A DNA stretch of 64,000 nucleotides from Dimorphilus gyrociliatus (taxonomy: Eukaryota; Animalia; Annelida): the NCBI GenBank assembly GCA_904063045.1, contig CAJFCJ010000030.1, positions 372,001 to 436,000 of the forward strand, in the 5' to 3' direction. The notes under the pieces were generated by a model, which saw nothing but the letters and a program-made list of their open reading frames with translations, was not told where the DNA came from and made no database searches. This document shows positions 24,434 to 36,080 of this stretch, in pieces (the stretch's first letter is position 1; the number at the start of each line of letters is the position of its first letter). A program made the translations under genes and the position numbers.

Positions 24434-26426
24434 TCAATGGAAAAGTACACATGTGATAGATGAAAATATAGCAAGTAGGAAAATACTAAATTTTGTTTGG
24501 GTAGCTGATGCTTCTGTGGCTGTCAGAGTGGTTGCTTTAGTGGTTGCTTTGGTAGTTGGTTTGGTGGTTGCTTTGGTAGTTGGTTTAGTTGTCGGAGTGA
24601 TGGTTGTTGGTTCAGGAGCAATGTTAAAAAAGTCTTCGCATTTCGTCATAATCCAGTCGGGAACTATAAAAAATTACATAACAAATTAAGTTACAATACT
24701 TACTCCAATATGTAGTTAAACATACTTGAAGGCAATCCGTCACTTGATGTACAAGTTTCTGGAGATACATTAGGTTCACTCCGATCTGTAATAAAATCTT
24801 TAATTAAGGCTTCTGGAGGGGCTCCAAATTTCATTGAGCACTTGAAGCTATCAAGAACATCATCAGTTACAATAGCACATGCTCCTATTCTTGAAGCTGG
24901 AGCAGAACTGCCGATCATTGGCTCGTCAAAAGTGCCAAAGGTTAACGCCTTGTCGTCCTTATCAGTCATATTAACTTTAGGTGCCCAGTTTCCACTGTAG
25001 TCGTTGAAGCAAAAAGCGAGATTTTGGTTAATACCTAAGTTTGCATGAGTTTTTCTTTTACAGTTTGGTATAGCTATTGAGAAACAAATTAAAGTGAAAA
25101 CGTTGTTTCAATAACATATTGATATATACCCATAGCAACGACAAAAGCTGAATAAGAATCAGTTAAATTGCCGTTTTTAAAACCAGAGCAAGAATATTTG
25201 CCTGTCAGCTGAGTTGTTGTATCCAGAACAGTAAGATCAAAAACGTTTGGCGTTTCGAATCGAAATAGGCTTTTTAAGTGATCATAAACTTCAAATGAGT
25301 TTGTAAGAATCCAACCTTCACCAGTTTGACTTTGAGTAAGTGTATAAGCGCCAGCGTCGTGTTCATTTTCGTTAATATCGTTGCATTTTAATACTGTTGA
25401 TGCGTCAAGTCTGGCAACACTATTGGTTAGTCTCGTATTCTTATCGGGAAGTTTAAGAAATTCCAGACACTTCTCCTTCAAATAAGCTGGTACATTGGTG
25501 TCTACACTGGCGGGATTCTCACAAGTAGTTCCAGAAAATTCTGGAGGCTCATCATGATAACTTTTGTCAAAAACAAGATCATATGGGGGAGCTTCAAAAT
25601 CAAAAGCACATTTGAACGACTCGCCCTTATCAATGAGAGCACAGGCTCCTACAGCTAAAATAAATAACAATCAATTAGTTGAAATCTTTCTATTAAACTT
25701 ATTTTATATACTCGAATATTTAGCGTTTGAAGGACCAGCATTATCATCATGACTTGTAAATTGAGCGAAATTCATGAGATTGTTAGCTGTCTCTATCTTT
25801 ACTCTTGGTGCCCAATTTCCAGCGTATTCCGTATGGCAATAAGCAATATCTTTATTTTGTACATAGTCTTGATTCGGTACATCAACCTTCGCACACTTAG
25901 GAGTTTCATCTTAAAAAAGAAAAATTTTTAAATTTGTCAATACAGTAGTGAAAAACTGGAAGAATACACACCAATTGCTGAAAGATATGCATGATAGTAA
26001 GTGTCTCTGCTGCCATTACGGAACCCTACACATTCATACAATCCAGTTGTATATTCATCTACTTTTGTATTGAGAAGGTGATACGTGTCGTCATCCGGTA
26101 GTTTAAATCTGCTTTGAAGGTGTATCAAGATTTCGTAGTTGTTGGCAATAATATAAGTATCACTGGTTTGACTTGCTTTAAATACCCAATTTGTATATTC
26201 GTAATAACCTGGTGCATCTATAGCTGAGCAATTTAAAAGTGCAGAACTGTCTTTGAATACAGCTGTGTTTACTGGGCGATAGCGAAATTTAGCCCCATCG
26301 CATATTACAATAACTGAAAAACAAAGTTTTTAACTTTCATTTTAAAGTTAGAAATATAATAAAACTTAATAAAAACTCACTGGAGAAAGTAATAAAAATC
26401 CATTGAAATGCTTGGAACTTGAACAT
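24434..26426 (-). CDS. Ig-superfamily GPI-anchored protein, copy C (about 562 aa). Exons: 26381-26426, 25972-26313, 25712-25909, 25130-25654, 24726-25073, 24434-24663
   Basis: Spliced frame is open (1689 nt) with five phase-1 GT-AG introns of 56-67 nt. Ig hallmarks: LLNCSA..TNWVF..YHLLNTKV..TGLYEC and VLKCND..FDLTV..TGKYSC. Two paralogous Cys-rich domains carry YAGNWAP and YSGNWAP. Thr-rich stalk followed by a hydrophobic tail with no cytoplasmic domain (GPI signal inferred). Confidence 0.87.
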
Positions 26427-27190
26427 TTTATCGAGTTCCGTTTGAAAGTCAAGCTGCTTCTGGTCTAACACGACAAATTGTGAAAGAACTGCTTAATTTG
26501 TAGTTGTTTCTAGGTGGCTATAAATTTACATCTTAAATTTACAACTTAGATTAGAACCTTTAATAACCCTATTGTTAAGATTACTTAGCTACTTCAAAAT
26601 AGATAAAATGATGAATAATTAACAATTTTGTATTCTCTTTTTATAAAATTACTATTTTTATATAGATATTGAAAATTGCCAATAGGCAATAATCAAAAAG
26701 AGAGGCTAAGTAAAGAAGTATTTATAACTAAGTCACGAATAAATGAATACAAAACAATGAAAGAGTTAAGAGAAGGATGAAATTTTATTGCAACTTCAAG
26801 TGATGTTACTATGGAAATGTCATCATCATAATTTAAAAGTATTTTCGATATAATTTTAACTTATTGTTTAACAAGTATGTCTATACGGTAAAATAAAAAA
26901 TTCAATATAGTTAAGGTTAAATGAAAACTGCCAAGGTCAATAAAAAAATATTATGAAAGGGGAGGGGGTTTTTGAAAATGTTCAACTTAAAGAGATCAAT
27001 TTAAATTTCGAAGAACCTTAAAAATTTTAAAAAGTAGAAATGTGAACCTATAGGTGGTTAGCTTTGAAATCAGATATCATTTGAATGTTTCCTCTATAAA
27101 CAGCTTTTATGGCAAAAATTTTAGTGTTACCTTTTATCTATTAGATTCCGTTCTTTTGCATTTTATTATAAATATTTAAATTAAGTGTTC
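26427..27190. repeat. Duplicated 5'/promoter flank of the Ig genes (paralogous to about 21407-22170 and 16416-17057)
   Basis: Colinear blocks, e.g. TAAGTAAAGAAGTATTTATAACTAA, AACTGCCAAGG and AAAGAGATCAATTTAAATTTCGAAG, upstream of all three start codons. Confidence 0.85.
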
Positions 27191-28279
27191 TAATTATAGA
27201 TGAACTTCATTCATTGTCTAAAAAAAGATATTTTTTAGCAATGAACTAAAGTTATGATGTCTAATAGAGCTGTTTTTAACGTTACCTTGGAATTAAGTCA
27301 TAAAACTTGCATCATATATTTAGATTTTAAATGTCAAGTACTGGATATATAGAAATGATATCAATTGAAAACTGTTTTTTAAAATATCCTTCTAGTTCTT
27401 TCATCAACAAAATTCATATTTATCTGCAAGTGTTTAATTGTTGAATTGTCTTTAGAAGTTAAGTAATGGACAGTAAGAAATTAATAGAAGTCGGATGAAA
27501 GGTTGTTAAAGTTATTTGATTAATAGTTTTTAAAGAAAAACATGGCTCAGCCTGATGAACTGGAGGCTAGTTAAGCGAGGAAAGTCGTATGACTATTTTG
27601 TCTGCAGTAATAATTATAAATATCTATTTAACGTATTTAATTATTAATAAATATATAGATATATAAAATAATAAGGAATTTATCTGGACATATATGGTGT
27701 ATATATTAATATATACATACAATACATATAACGGAAACATAATGTTCTTAATCAACTACGTACAACATTAATAACAACAAGTTATGTTTTTATATGAAAT
27801 ATATATAAATGTATATATAATTTTATATATATTCATAATTTTGTGTCTTGAAAACTGAGGAATATTTGCAGATACAAAGAAATAGTAAAAGGAGCTTTTT
27901 CCTTTACAGTTGATGTAAAAAAAAATGCAAACGGGAAAAATAAAGAAGAATCAAACACGAGATAAAACTTTTGAAAGTCTATTTTATCAATGTTAAAACG
28001 AAAAGAGGAAAAATAAGAAACAAGAAGAATAGTTTTATATATATATACATAAAAAAGATTGTTTGATCGTTCTTTTCAAATACTTTAGTATCTTAAAACA
28101 AATTTTTCTCACTTAGTCACCAATGAATGAGTATCTGTTCAATTTAAAAAAAGAAACTGAACATATTTCTTTTAAGAGTAGTCTCTCTTTTAATTGAAAA
28201 TAAAGAAAAAAAACAAAATATGTAAATAGGAAAAAAAAGAATTTTTGAACGTTGCTACAAGCATTTTTTCCCCAATTTT

Positions 28280-31200
28280 TTAAGCATTACTAGCTCCTCC
28301 TTGGCTGAGATTAATATAATCATGATTGACATCGTCATGTTTTAAGCTAGGTGGAATTGTAATTGACTTTCGTATTCTGTGGGCAATATCAATAAAAGCA
28401 GGTCTCTTATCGGGATCGAAATTCCAACATTCTCTCATCAATTCATAACTAAGAATAGAAAAAATTCATAAGATAATTTCAAATAAAACAGATAAAAATA
28501 TAAAACTAAAGAAAAGCGGCTGTAAAGAGCCAATTAAATTATAAAGTCATAAAAAATTCTCACATATCATTGGGACAGACTTTCGGTCTAGCTAATTGCT
28601 TTCCAGTAGCAATATGATCATATAAATTTTTATTCTCTATATCTTTATAAGGTATTTGACCCCTTTGAAGTACTTCCCATAGTAATACGCCAAAAGACCA
28701 CTAAAAATATTTCAATTTTAGAGAGTAACCAAAAATAAATAAAGATACTCACAACGTCCGATTTCGATGTGAATTCCATACGTTCTAAAACTTCGATGGC
28801 CATCCACTTAACAGGTAACTTCAATTCTCCTGACTAGTGATTTTATCAAAAATTATAATTATTAATAACTTTTCTTTCAAATTAAAAAACGTAATGTTTC
28901 ACGCTACCGAATTATCTTTTCTCTTCTTTTTGGGATTCTTATATATTTCTTCAGAAAGACCAAAATCAGCTACTTTAACTACTTCGTCCATATCAATCCT
29001 ATAGTATTTTTATAAAATTTTAAATGTTTTAATTAATCATACTATTAAATATTGCTATTTTAATTTTACATACATGCAATTTCTAGCTGCTAAATCTCTA
29101 TGAACAAATCTTAAACTAGAGATATAGGCCATACCATTTGCTATTTGTTCGCCATAGCCTAATAATTGGTTTAAATAGAACGTCTGTAAATTAATTTAGA
29201 GACTATTAAATTATATTTAACTTTGTTATTTCATAAGCTTACTCGATCTTTATGCTTGATATAATTTTTTAAATTTCCTAATTCCATAAAAGGCATAATA
29301 ATCATTGGTGTATCGTAATCCCAAAAAGATACTCCTATTAAAGACAAAACATTCTGATGATGAAACTGGCTCATTATGGCTCCTTCTCTCAATAAACTTT
29401 GCGATAGTGAATCCTCTTTCTCAAAATCACCAAACAACATTTTTATTGCAACTTTTCTCATCTTTTTTTCATTATCCTGATCATCTTTATCTTTTAACTC
29501 GGCAACGTAGACAACACCGTAGTGACCTCTTCCAATTTCATCTTTTAAATTAATTAATTCTTTTGGAACTTGTACATTTTTAATCATTTCTTGCATTCGT
29601 TTTTGAGAATTAGATATTTCTAAAAAAGAGATGTAAAAAGAATATTATTATTCATTACTTATTGTTGGTTTTATTAAGATTAATGTTATTCATGTAGTTT
29701 GTACCTTTTAACCCTTTTTAGGGTATGAATAATAAAAGAGTTAAGTGTTTTATGACTCATTTAGTAAGTATGTTATATACTATATAAATATATACGATAT
29801 ATAATATTTCAATCTTTTTTATGCGCAATTTGATTAAAAAAACACAAAAAAGGGCAAAGAATAAAAAGGAAAGAAGAGACAGGAAATACGAAGTTAATAT
29901 GCTTAGGACGTGTATGTGTGTACTTAGAGATATTCTAACAAAAGAGATTAAGAACGTGTAGGTGGAAAAAATAAAGATAGGAGAGCACACACAATCAAAA
30001 ATAGGCGCAGATTATTTAAATAAATATATAAAATATATATAAATATATATATTTTAGTATATATTAGTATATATATATATATATATAAAAAGGCTATCCA
30101 AACACTAAATATCAGAAATATTCCAATATCTTTTTTATGGCTTATAAGCTATAAAGATAAGAAAAAAATAAATCTAATTTACCCGAAATGTAACCTGGAT
30201 CGTCATCAATATCGTCCATCAAAGGTGGTAATAAGTTAGGTTTCATTAAGGGATGTTGTTGTTCTGAATAGTTTGGATTTTGAAATCTTGTTTCTCGTCT
30301 TGAATTACGATTATAAATATCCAAATCTGCCAAACCAGGTATCTTAGGTTTATTAATATAATGTCTCTTTTTCGGAGAAGGTTTCCTGTACGAAGGTCTA
30401 CGTTTGAATAAAAAACTGATAATTAAAGAGATTTTATATCTACTTTTGACGCTTTCGTAATAAAATAACAGCAGCTATTACAATAGCTAATATAACTGGA
30501 AAACCAACACTTAGACCAACTATTAGACCAATCTTACTTGAACTTTGATTAATAGGCTGTTTCGTTTGTATTTTTATTACTCTGATAGTTTGTAATTTAC
30601 TTTTATATCTTCCCCAAGATATCTGCAAATACAGATTTTATATATTCGAAATATTAAGATTTATAATAAGAGAAGTAAAATTAAATTACCAAAAAAAAGC
30701 AAGCGTTTAAGGCTGTTCTATTTAAAGTATTTTTCTCCAAATCGACAGAACAAAAAGGTAATTCTTCGTTGTAATTAAAGTCACAATTTACATCGCAAAC
30801 TTTAAACTTTACAAGCTTATATTCTTGGTCGGCTTTGAGCATTTTAAGTGAATTACCATCCAACTATTTTAATAAATTATTAAATATAACTGCTTTAAAA
30901 CAAAACATCGTTTTAAACCTACCTTCATATTAAAGTTGAATGATTTTGAAGTATCAGGAATGTCAAATTCTTGCATATGAAGAGTAGTTTTATTTGCTTT
31001 CAGTTGAATTGCTTTTTCTGGAAGTTTATAGAAGCGTAACATAAAATTCTCATTAACAATAACTTTTTCATCGAATTTAAGAACGAATTTTAGTTGTTTT
31101 ATGTCTGATCTTCCTGGTCTTCCGGGCCTTCCTGGTGCTGTAAAAATGATAGAGAAAAAAATTGATTATTAATTTTTCAACAGAAATTATACTTCAACAA

Positions 31201-34200
31201 AAATAGTTTACGTCTAATGTCAAGATTTCTCTTTCCTCTGCTTAAAGGGCTTTTAATACCACCACCAATATCTTTTCTAGAGTCTCTGTCAGGACCACCA
31301 CGAGGAATCAATATTTTTCTATCGAGTATCGGAGTTTTACATTCAACTAATAGGGATGATTGTATTTTACATGTCTAAAGAAAAAAATTAAATATTTTTT
31401 ATTAGACTGTCAGCTATTACAACTGAAAAGAAGATTAACTTACTTCATTGCTTTTAAAATCGGATGAAAGAGATGAAATAATAATATAAGCTGTTTTATA
31501 TAAATCGAAATTGTTTCCATGCAATTTAAGGCTTAATCCACCTCTATAGAGAGAAGAAGAAAAGGAAAAATTAAAACATTTTTCTTTTGCTTATCTACAT
31601 AAAAAACACTGATAATTACTCAAAGGGTGAATAAAATCCAACTGGAAATTGTAAATCTTTAAAAGGTCTAACAATCTTTAAAACTTTTTCAAATGAAAGA
31701 TCAGACTTTACATCAATTTTTATAAAAATTTTGTAATTTCCAGGAACATTAGTATAACCAGTTTCAAATATTATGCAAGTATTGTTGCGGCTAAGTACAT
31801 TAACTGAACTACTATTTAAGTAAACTTCAAGAATTGAACCAGTATCTAAATTCTCTCCAAGGAGAAATACTTTTGAAGGCGCTATAGAGATTTTTTCAGG
31901 ATATACTGATGTTATTGTAACACTTTTTGGTGAGAGAACGTCCAAATAGATATTACTTTCAGTATTTCCCGTAATTTTAATCTTTTCCTTAGACGGTCCA
32001 AAGCTGCTTATGTTAACCGTACAATTAAATCTAAATAAAACAAAGAAAAAGTTTAATTTAAGCAAAATTGAAATTCTAATACTTACGAATAGAAATTAAT
32101 CGAGTTTTGATCAACAATACAACGAAACTGGCCAAATTTAATCGAATTTAACAATTTCATAAAATTTAATCTGTATCCATGTACTTTTACACTCAGTTTA
32201 GTGCTTGCTAATGCCTTAGAAGGTTGGACCTACATATAAGAAAACAAGAGAATTTATAAGTTAATAAAAACTATTAAAACTTGATAACTTACGCCAGTAA
32301 TATTATAACTACAATTATAAGATTCATCAAAATCTTCATCAACGCATTCGCTATCTTCCGTCATAAAGCATTGTCTTTTTAAACAATTATCGCATCCTTT
32401 CATAAATGAACACATGTATAGTTCAACTGTAAAAAAAAAAGAATAATTACTTATTAATTGTGTTTAAATAATAAAAGATACGAAAACTAAATGACTTACT
32501 TATTGACGAAACTTTAAATTCAGTTTTTGAGAAAAAGATTTCCAATTTATAATCAGACATTATATCTTCAACATTTGCGTTAATACTCATATAATCTTCC
32601 TAATGAGATTTAATGTTGTTAGTCTTGGTTTAAATAATTATTAATAATAAAAATTACCTTAATTTTCTTTGAGTTAAATTTGCAACCATTGTGAAAGTCA
32701 CTTCCAACTTCGCTTCGATAAATGTTAGCTTTAATACTTAATTTGCAAAAGTCGACTACTTGATGCTAAATAAGGCAATTATTTTTAAGTTAATAAAAAT
32801 CTATAGATATATAAACAAACCAAAGCTAAATATAAAGGTATTCGTAAAATATCCTCATTTGGTTTTAATATGAAGGATTTGTTCTTTAGCATTACAGATT
32901 CTTCTAGTATAGGGCAAACTTTTAAATTTGGCTGTTTCTGTTTTATGAATAGAATATTATTATACTCGTAAATAATGATAGAAATATTCCTAGCATTAAC
33001 CTCAGGAACAAGTTGACCTTTAGTACATCCGCGTGAATCTTCAACTTTTCCAATGCAATAAGATTTATCAGCATAGGAGCACCAAGAACATAATTCTTGA
33101 TACTGAATACATTCTTCACATGTTCTATTTAAATGTGAAATTAGATAGTTAGATAGTAAAAAATAATTTATACTTCAATATTCCACATGAAAAGATTGGT
33201 ATATTAAATTTCTTAACAATTTCTCCCGTTTTTGAAATATGCAATGTCAAAGTGAAATTATAATAAACTGAAAAAATTAGACAGATTATTAAAACTAAAT
33301 GTATTTATCATAGTAGTTTAATTATGAATAATACACTTACAAATAGAATTGAACTGAGGTAGTCTATAAAATTGACTTCTTCTCCTAAATCTACATTTTT
33401 GAATATTTTTATCAAAGATAAAAGTTCCATTAAATTCACTTAACCACCAGCTCTTTATATTACAGAATATTCCTTTTAAATGATTTTTAGACTTTATCTT
33501 AGAAATAAAAATTGGAATAAGTTAGCATTTATTAAAATTTGAAAAATTTAACCTACTTTATAAATCATTTCCCTCTGTCGACCAAAACTTATTCGAGGTA
33601 CCCTCAAAGAAATTTCACTTGGTATAACAGCTGCATCTTTAACGCAATCCTTAGGAGATTTTGCGAAAGTTTTGTCAATTGAGTTTTTCGAAGTTATCCC
33701 AACACACTTGTGTCTAAATAAGAAAGGAAATATGGAAAAAAAAACAAACATTGATAATCATAATATAAAGAGGCGAGAATGAAAGAGAAAATACTTGTAT
33801 CTTCTCAATGAAACACTAACTCTGGTGGTACGCTAGGATTATCATTCCAATGGCAAAATGCTTGTATACAACTTATGCACATTTTTTCTTGTTGACAATC
33901 AGGAAATGGTATTATCATTGGCTGAAAATATTTGTATATACAACTAAAGATATTTATAAAGATAGTATGTATAGCTTACAGAAAATATACATGGTTCCGA
34001 TTGACAATCAAATATTGATGCAGACAAGTAAATAGTATTTCTATTGTTAAATACTCTCAAACCAGTTGCTTTAAAAGTATGAGTCTTCAAGTTTTTTTTG
34101 TATCCTTTGAGTTGCTTTGACTTTCCATTGTAAAGATACTATTAAAAAACAGATGTAGTTTATGACAAGTATAAAAAAAAATAAATATATATACTACCAT

Positions 34201-35436
34201 GTTAATAAAGCTCTTTTCATTTGCAATAGCTAAATAGTAGTTATCACGAAATCCAGTTATATTTAAGGCAGCTATAGATGTTGGTCTGAAATTTTCCTCC
34301 AGAATGAACACATCATCTGCTTTTTGCTTAGGCAAAAGTAAAAAGTGATTTTTTTTACTAGTCTTTGCGGTAGCTGATTCAAACATTGCTTCTTTCGTTT
34401 TTACCTTTAAAGAAAGATAATAAATCTTATTCGAGTAGAATTTGTGAATCTTTTAACTAATACTCACACAATTCTCCTTATCTACCCTTTCAATATGTCT
34501 TAATTTTGAAATACTTTCTCCTCGATCACATTTACTATTAGTATCCGTTATTATTTTGAATAAATCAGATAAATGAAATATGCAAAGGGCCATTGTTCCT
34601 GATGAACTTTTTGATACCATAAATACAGTTGCTGAATTCTTTTCCTTGGGAAAGAAGATTTGTTCAGCAATGATAGCTTCGTTGAAAGTTTCCAATCCAT
34701 TTATTGTTTCACCTTGACATTCCAATGGCATTTCATTGTAAGAAGTTAAACCGTGGTGGGGTAATATAGTTGATAAAACTGTAACAGTTCTATTACTGTT
34801 ATCAATTAAATTTCTATTTATAATAAAATTAATCAAATTCTCCCCAAATTTTCCAGAAAAAATGGGATTCAATTTAAATCCTTCGAGATTCTTAGCTGGT
34901 CTAATTGAACCACAGTCAGTATAATCAATGGGCGACACAAATGGTATTATATTCTTGATGCAATTGATCAACGACTGATTCGTTGATAAAGGAACATAAG
35001 ATTTATAGTTGTAAACCCTTTCATCATCAGCTTGTAAAAGACTTACAACAGAAACTGAAAATCCTTCAGGTGGGACAAAATCCAAATCTCTGCTAAGATT
35101 CTTATGTACTTTTTTACAAGACAGATGGTCTAATTTATAAACTATGCAATTTTGTTGACTTTGATTAGTTTGTGATCGACCACATATTAAAATATAACTG
35201 GTACTAAAGACCGTTGCTGTTATAGTTGCTTTTGGTAAATTACTATTTTGTCCTTCACAAAAGTTATCGCCATAGTTTCTTGCTTCAAAATTGGCTTTAC
35301 TAAAATATATATCTTTATCGAACACAAAAAGTGTACGATCTTTCTTCGAAATATCGTAAAAGTTACGAATATAGGTTTTTTGGCAGTAGCAAGTGTGACA
35401 GAGAACAATACTTATCCAGAATAATAACTTTATCAT
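28280..35436 (-). CDS. Met-family receptor tyrosine kinase with complete plexin-type ectodomain (Met-LP-like): signal peptide, Sema, 3 PSI, multiple IPT/TIG, TM, tyrosine kinase
   Basis: ATG at 35436 ([18 protein letters not shown]). Sema exons 34468-35436, 34198-34404, 33980-34138. PSI motifs [17 protein letters not shown] (33821-33921), [15 protein letters not shown] (33001-33124), [18 protein letters not shown] (32293-32426). [32 protein letters not shown] (30444-30622). Kinase exons 29243-29619 ([14 protein letters not shown]), 29074-29183 (HRDLAARNC), 28908-28998 (KVADFGL), 28753-28833 ([14 protein letters not shown]), 28564-28700 (WSFGVLLWE), 28280-28448 ([15 protein letters not shown], stop). 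Some IPT exon boundaries at 30680-31560 were not fully resolved. Confidence 0.9.
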
Positions 35437-36067
35437 CCCTATCAAAAGATAAAAATAGTGTAATTAGTAATTTAATGCATCAAGTAAGTCTTCACTACAA
35501 AAAAATATACTTTGGATAACTTTTTTTGTTCTTAAAACTAAATAAAAAGTAAAATAATATGTAGTCAGGCGTTCGCACACTGATAAACTCAATAATGTAT
35601 TTATGAACATTCGATAAGTGTATATAATAGCTGCCAATTAGTCCATTAGACTATGTTGGTCCACCTTCATTATGACTCATTGAATGATTCAAGCTTATTC
35701 TATATAGCTTAAACAGCAAACACAAGTAAGGAAAAACAAAAGTGGAATTCGACCGTTCTACAAGCTGTCGGCCAATTTTGTTTGACGGTCGCTGATATCT
35801 TATCTCTTAACGGTCAACCGGTACTGTTCTGTTCACGAATTATCAGAACCGCACGAAATTGTCAAAGAGTTTGTGAATAAGCACTCAATCAAGTAGTATT
35901 TACAGTTTTCACTTACCGACTAGCAATATTTTTCAATTCAAAACTATTAAAATATTTTCAATCCTCTAAAAAGTTGTTTTCATATCTAAATTAATTATGA
36001 ATAAGGGTAAAATCGTATTAAAACATGACATCCGCTTTAAAAACACAAAAGATTAAGTTCTATATGT

Positions 36068-36080
36068 CCACTAGATGGCA
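36068..36080 (+). promoter_or_regulatory. Candidate CTCF-type motif in the RTK-plexin intergenic region
   Basis: CCACTAGATGGCA matches the CCASYAGRKGGCR core. Motif match only. Confidence 0.35.

Noticed and set aside
14660-24689. Val/Gly-rich plus-strand ORFs (14660-14965, 17526-17930, 24453-24689) that look like membrane proteins
   Set aside because: They are the antisense reading of the PTTK mucin-stalk repeats.
15058-25931. Recurrent short plus-strand ORFs (MSSLRSV.., MSKTRSY.., MTCKLSE..)
   Set aside because: Antisense shadows of the Ig exons; they recur only because the genes are duplicated.
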